This document shows positions 60,585 through 64,000 of a stretch of 64,000 nucleotides of DNA, in pieces (positions within the stretch are counted from its first letter, which is position 1; each line of letters begins with the position of its first letter). The position numbers and the translations under genes were made by a program. The stretch is taken from contig OY759726.1 in assembly GCA_963662625.1 (NCBI GenBank), positions 960,001-1,024,000 of the forward strand, in the 5' to 3' direction. Under the pieces are notes generated by a model, which was not told the origin of the DNA, ran no database searches, and saw nothing but the letters and a program-made list of their open reading frames with translations. The stretch comes from Nitrosopumilus sp. (GTDB lineage: Archaea; Thermoproteota; Nitrososphaeria; Nitrososphaerales; Nitrosopumilaceae).

Positions 60585-61175
60585 ATGCACAAGGGGATCG
60601 CGGCGGCGATACTCATCGCCGTGGCGCTGGCCGTCGGCGTACTCATAGGCCCGCTGTTCCACGCCACAGAAGTCGACGAGGCGCTGCCTGCCGAGCTGAA
60701 CCGGCTCCGGGAGGGGCTCACGATGGAGGAGTTCTCTAACATGGACGACCGGCCCAGGGCCGCCCTGGTCGGCGCGATGCCGGACAGGGTAAAGGAGATG
60801 ATCATGGACGAGGCCGCCGGGTCGCCGACGTCGGTCTCCGAGGGGATGGACGAGTCGGGCGGCCTGCGGGTCATCAAGACCGGCTCGTTCGTGGGGCTGG
60901 CGGGGCACCATGCCCGGGGTGACGCGAAGATCCTGCAGGCAGGCGACTCCCAGTACCTGAGGTTCGAGAACTTCGAGGTCACCAACGGCCCCGACCTGAG
61001 GGTGTACGTGACGCGGGACGGCGACGTAAAGCAGGGGATCCACCTGGACAAGCTCAAGGGGAGTAGGGGCTCGCAGAACTACGCGCTTGACGGGATCGAC
61101 ACCGCGGCGTACGGCACCGTGGTCATCTACTGCCAGCCGTTTGGGGCCTACTTTGGCGAGGCGACGCTAAGCTAG
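60585..61175 (+). CDS. DM13 domain protein, membrane-anchored
   Basis: GSFVG..GHHARG, LRFENFEVTNGPDLRVY, LKGSRGSQNY, VVIYCQPF. Confidence 0.9.
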   Translation: MHKGIAAAILIAVALAVGVLIGPLFHATEVDEALPAELNRLREGLTMEEFSNMDDRPRAALVGAMPDRVKEMIMDEAAGSPTSVSEGMDESGGLRVIKTGSFVGLAGHHARGDAKILQAGDSQYLRFENFEVTNGPDLRVYVTRDGDVKQGIHLDKLKGSRGSQNYALDGIDTAAYGTVVIYCQPFGAYFGEATLS

Positions 61176-61186
61176 GGACGCCAGGC

Positions 61187-63076
61187 CTACCCGAGCCTCT
61201 CCCTGATGGCCTTCGAGAGCGCCTTGCTGACTGCCTCGCCGGACGCCTTTCCCCTCAGCCTCTTCATGGCGATCCCCATGAGGGGCCCCATGGCCCTCTC
61301 CCCCTGCTTGCGCACCAGCCCCATGTTCTCCACGACGATCTCCCCCACCATGCCCTCCACGTCCTCCTCGCTTACGGCCTCCATCGAGGCGCCGGCCATG
61401 GCCTCCTCCACCGTGCGGGCCCTGCCCGCCATGATGCTCTCAAATATGATCCCGACCGACTCCTTCGCGATCTTCTCGTCCTCCAGCAGCACGAACGCCT
61501 TCGCGATCTCGCCGTCCCCTAGCAGCCCCGGATCCAGCCCGTCCCTCTCGAGGCTGGTGATGGTGGAGCACAGCACGGAGGCCACAAACGCCGGGTTCGA
61601 CCCTCCCGCGGCCACCTCCTCGAAGATCCCCAGGTACCGCGAGTCGAACACCTGCTCGGCAAGCTGCTGGTTGATCTTGAACCTCTCCCGCAGCTCCCTC
61701 ACCGACTCGTCCCAGGGCTTTGGGACCTTCCTGCCCGCCTCCTCCAGCTCCCAGGGGGAGACTGCGATCGGCGGGACGTCGGTCTCCGGGTACATCCGCG
61801 CCGCCCCCGGCCTGGGCCGCAGGAACCTCGTCTCCCCCGACTGGGTGGCGGCCCGGGTGTCCCTGGGGATCCCGCCGTCGCGGATCTCGGACATCCTCAG
61901 GAAGATCCTGTCTGCCACGGCGTCGGCGATCCCCGGCGGCGAGGCCAGCAGCACGAAGGCGTCGCCGTCGCCGATGCCGTGCCGCTCCCTCAGCGAGTCC
62001 GCGTCCCCCCCGGTGATCCCGTACGCGGGCAGCTCGTCGGAGTGGAAGATCCCGCCCAGCCCGAAGGACCTGGCCACCTCTGCCAGGTCCCTGCCGAGCC
62101 TGATCCCGGGGACGTGCTCCCTGCCGAACGACCCGGCCAGCCCCTCGAACACCAGCAGGCTCACGACGTGGCCCCTGCCCAGGGCCTCCATTACGACCTT
62201 CGAGCCCCACGATCCCGCCTCGCCCGTGGCGTCGATCCTTCCGGGCCTTTCGAGCTTCCTGCCCGCCAGATCCGACGAGATCTGCAGCATCCCGTACTGC
62301 CTCCTCGCCTCGAACTCCACGACGCCCTCCAGCTGCTCCAGCTGCTGCACCCCCTTCACCTCCACGACCGTGCCGCCCTCCCTGATGGACACGTTAACGT
62401 CCTGCCTGATGGATCCGATCCCCCTCCTCACCATCTTGGTGGCCCTCAGGATCCTACCCAGGGCGAGGGCTGCCGCCCTGGCCTCCCCCGGGCCGGCCTC
62501 GAACGGCTCGGTGGCGATCTCCACCAGCGGCACCCCCAGGCGCTCCAGGCTGTACTTCCTGACGCTTCCGTCGTCGCCCAGGATCTTTGCGGCGTCCTCC
62601 TCCAGGCAGACCGACTGGATCCCGATCCTCCTGCCGCCCGCCTCGTAAAAGCCCCCCCGGGAGACCAGCATGGTGCGCTGGAACCCCGCCGTGTTAGACC
62701 CGTCGACCACCGTCTTCCTCATGGGGTATATCTCGCCGAAAACGCTCGACTTGAGGGCCGCCGCGATGACCAGGGCGATCCCCTTCGCGTCCCCGTCCAG
62801 CCCGTGCGGCGGCTCCTCGTCCTGCTCCACCAGGCAGCTGCTCTCGGGGTTCCCGTAGTATTCCATCGTCATCCCCTTCGACCCCTCAAACAGCGCCGCG
62901 GGATCGTGCTCCCCGAGCTCGCCCCTCGAGGGGCGCAGCGCCCTCCGGAACGTGACGGGGTACTCGCCCGACTCGGCCGTCCCGCAGCCGCAGAACAGCT
63001 TCCTGCCGGTGTCCAGCTGCTGGTGTATCTCCAGGCCGACCATCAGCCCCACGTCGCCTGTGGAAAACCGCCGCAT
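61187..63076 (-). CDS. gatE: Glutamyl-tRNA(Gln) amidotransferase subunit E
   Basis: GLEIHQQL, DGSNTAGFQRT, LEEDAA, RQDVNVSI, RPRPGAARMYPETD. Confidence 0.96.
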   Translation of the reverse strand: MRRFSTGDVGLMVGLEIHQQLDTGRKLFCGCGTAESGEYPVTFRRALRPSRGELGEHDPAALFEGSKGMTMEYYGNPESSCLVEQDEEPPHGLDGDAKGIALVIAAALKSSVFGEIYPMRKTVVDGSNTAGFQRTMLVSRGGFYEAGGRRIGIQSVCLEEDAAKILGDDGSVRKYSLERLGVPLVEIATEPFEAGPGEARAAALALGRILRATKMVRRGIGSIRQDVNVSIREGGTVVEVKGVQQLEQLEGVVEFEARRQYGMLQISSDLAGRKLERPGRIDATGEAGSWGSKVVMEALGRGHVVSLLVFEGLAGSFGREHVPGIRLGRDLAEVARSFGLGGIFHSDELPAYGITGGDADSLRERHGIGDGDAFVLLASPPGIADAVADRIFLRMSEIRDGGIPRDTRAATQSGETRFLRPRPGAARMYPETDVPPIAVSPWELEEAGRKVPKPWDESVRELRERFKINQQLAEQVFDSRYLGIFEEVAAGGSNPAFVASVLCSTITSLERDGLDPGLLGDGEIAKAFVLLEDEKIAKESVGIIFESIMAGRARTVEEAMAGASMEAVSEEDVEGMVGEIVVENMGLVRKQGERAMGPLMGIAMKRLRGKASGEAVSKALSKAIRERLG

Positions 63077-63082
63077 TGCCCC

Positions 63083-64000
63083 TCACGACATCTCCGAGGC
63101 GACGTTCTCCAGCATGACCCTGCCCGCCTCGCCGGGGCCGTCAAAGTTTCCAAACGCCCACATCGCCTTGACCAGCGCCACCTCCGGCAGCATGTCCTCC
63201 AAGGGGACGATGCCGAGGTCTAGCAGGTCCCTGCCGCTCTCGTAGACCGTCATCCTGACCCTGCCGTCTATGCACTGCGAGGTCATCCCGAGAAAGATCC
63301 CTTTCCCCGCGGCGCCCCTTATTGACTCGTACAGCGAGTCCCCCACGTGGCCCAGCCCGGTGCCCTCGAATATCACCCCCCTGTAACCCATGCCGACCAT
63401 CCTGTCGAGGAGCGCCGGGTCGAAGCCGGGGTGGTACTTTACCAGGGCGATCCTGGGATCGACCCCGGTCCTCGGCACGAACTCCGCTTCCCCGAAGAAC
63501 TCGCCCCGGAGGTTCCTGCTGACGCCCTCTGCCACCACGAACGCCGGGTCCCCGCCGACCGTCTGGAACGCGCCCCTCCTGCTGGTGTGGTTCTTCCTCA
63601 CCCTGGTGCCGGCGTGGCACGCGACAGCGCCGTCGTTCCCGTCCAGGTGCATCGCCACGTAGACGCCGCGGGCGCCCTCCTCCACTATGAACCTCGCCGC
63701 CCCGACCAGGTTGAGCGCCGCGTCCGACGAGGCCCTGTCCGAGGATCTCTGGGATCCCACCAGGACTACCGGCGCCGGAAAGCCCGCAAGCGCAAACGAC
63801 AGGAAGGCCGACGTGTAATGCATCGTGTCCGTCCCGTGCGCCACGATTATCCCGGCGTACCCGGATCCGGCGCACGCGCCGATCTCCTCGGCCACGCGGG
63901 TCCAGTGCTCGGGACTCATGTTCTCGGAATGCTCCGACATCACCTCCCTCGCCTCGATGTCGGCGATCTCGGCGATCTCGGGCACCGACGAGACGAGATC
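63083..64000 (-). CDS. gatD: Glutamyl-tRNA(Gln) amidotransferase subunit D (5' part beyond window)
   Basis: HGTDTMHYT, GSQRSSDR, RKNHTSRR, GTGLGHV, VYESGR, DMLPEVALVK. Confidence 0.95.
   Translation of the reverse strand, partial: DLVSSVPEIAEIADIEAREVMSEHSENMSPEHWTRVAEEIGACAGSGYAGIIVAHGTDTMHYTSAFLSFALAGFPAPVVLVGSQRSSDRASSDAALNLVGAARFIVEEGARGVYVAMHLDGNDGAVACHAGTRVRKNHTSRRGAFQTVGGDPAFVVAEGVSRNLRGEFFGEAEFVPRTGVDPRIALVKYHPGFDPALLDRMVGMGYRGVIFEGTGLGHVGDSLYESIRGAAGKGIFLGMTSQCIDGRVRMTVYESGRDLLDLGIVPLEDMLPEVALVKAMWAFGNFDGPGEAGRVMLENVASEMS

Overview
Chromosomal segment of a high-GC ammonia-oxidising archaeon (Nitrososphaerota/Thaumarchaeota, Nitrosopumilaceae-like). The assignment is inferred from TFE, Trm56, aIF2 alpha/gamma, Nop10, S6e, GatDE, bacterial-type MetK, DnaK/DnaJ/GrpE and cobalamin genes. 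The most notable part is a ~21 kb organic-nitrogen/nickel region at 2.6-23.4 kb. It holds a complete urease (ureABC plus ureEFGD) and two Dur3-type urea symporters, one fused to a USP domain. It also holds a tightly coupled operon of a divergent ureohydrolase, a stand-alone urease-gamma-like protein, a UreH/NiCoT nickel transporter and a GNAT-like protein. A third SSS symporter and an extra group II chaperonin follow; the chaperonin has both catalytic aspartates substituted and a His/Cys-rich tail. The ureohydrolase, symporter and chaperonin promoters share exact 13-16 bp motifs pairwise. The rest of the window is housekeeping genes, three tRNAs, one ISH3-family IS with intact ends, IS630/IS66/integrase remnants and two small AT-rich islands after tRNA-Gly and tRNA-Leu. 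All calls come from motif recognition by eye; no database searches were run.
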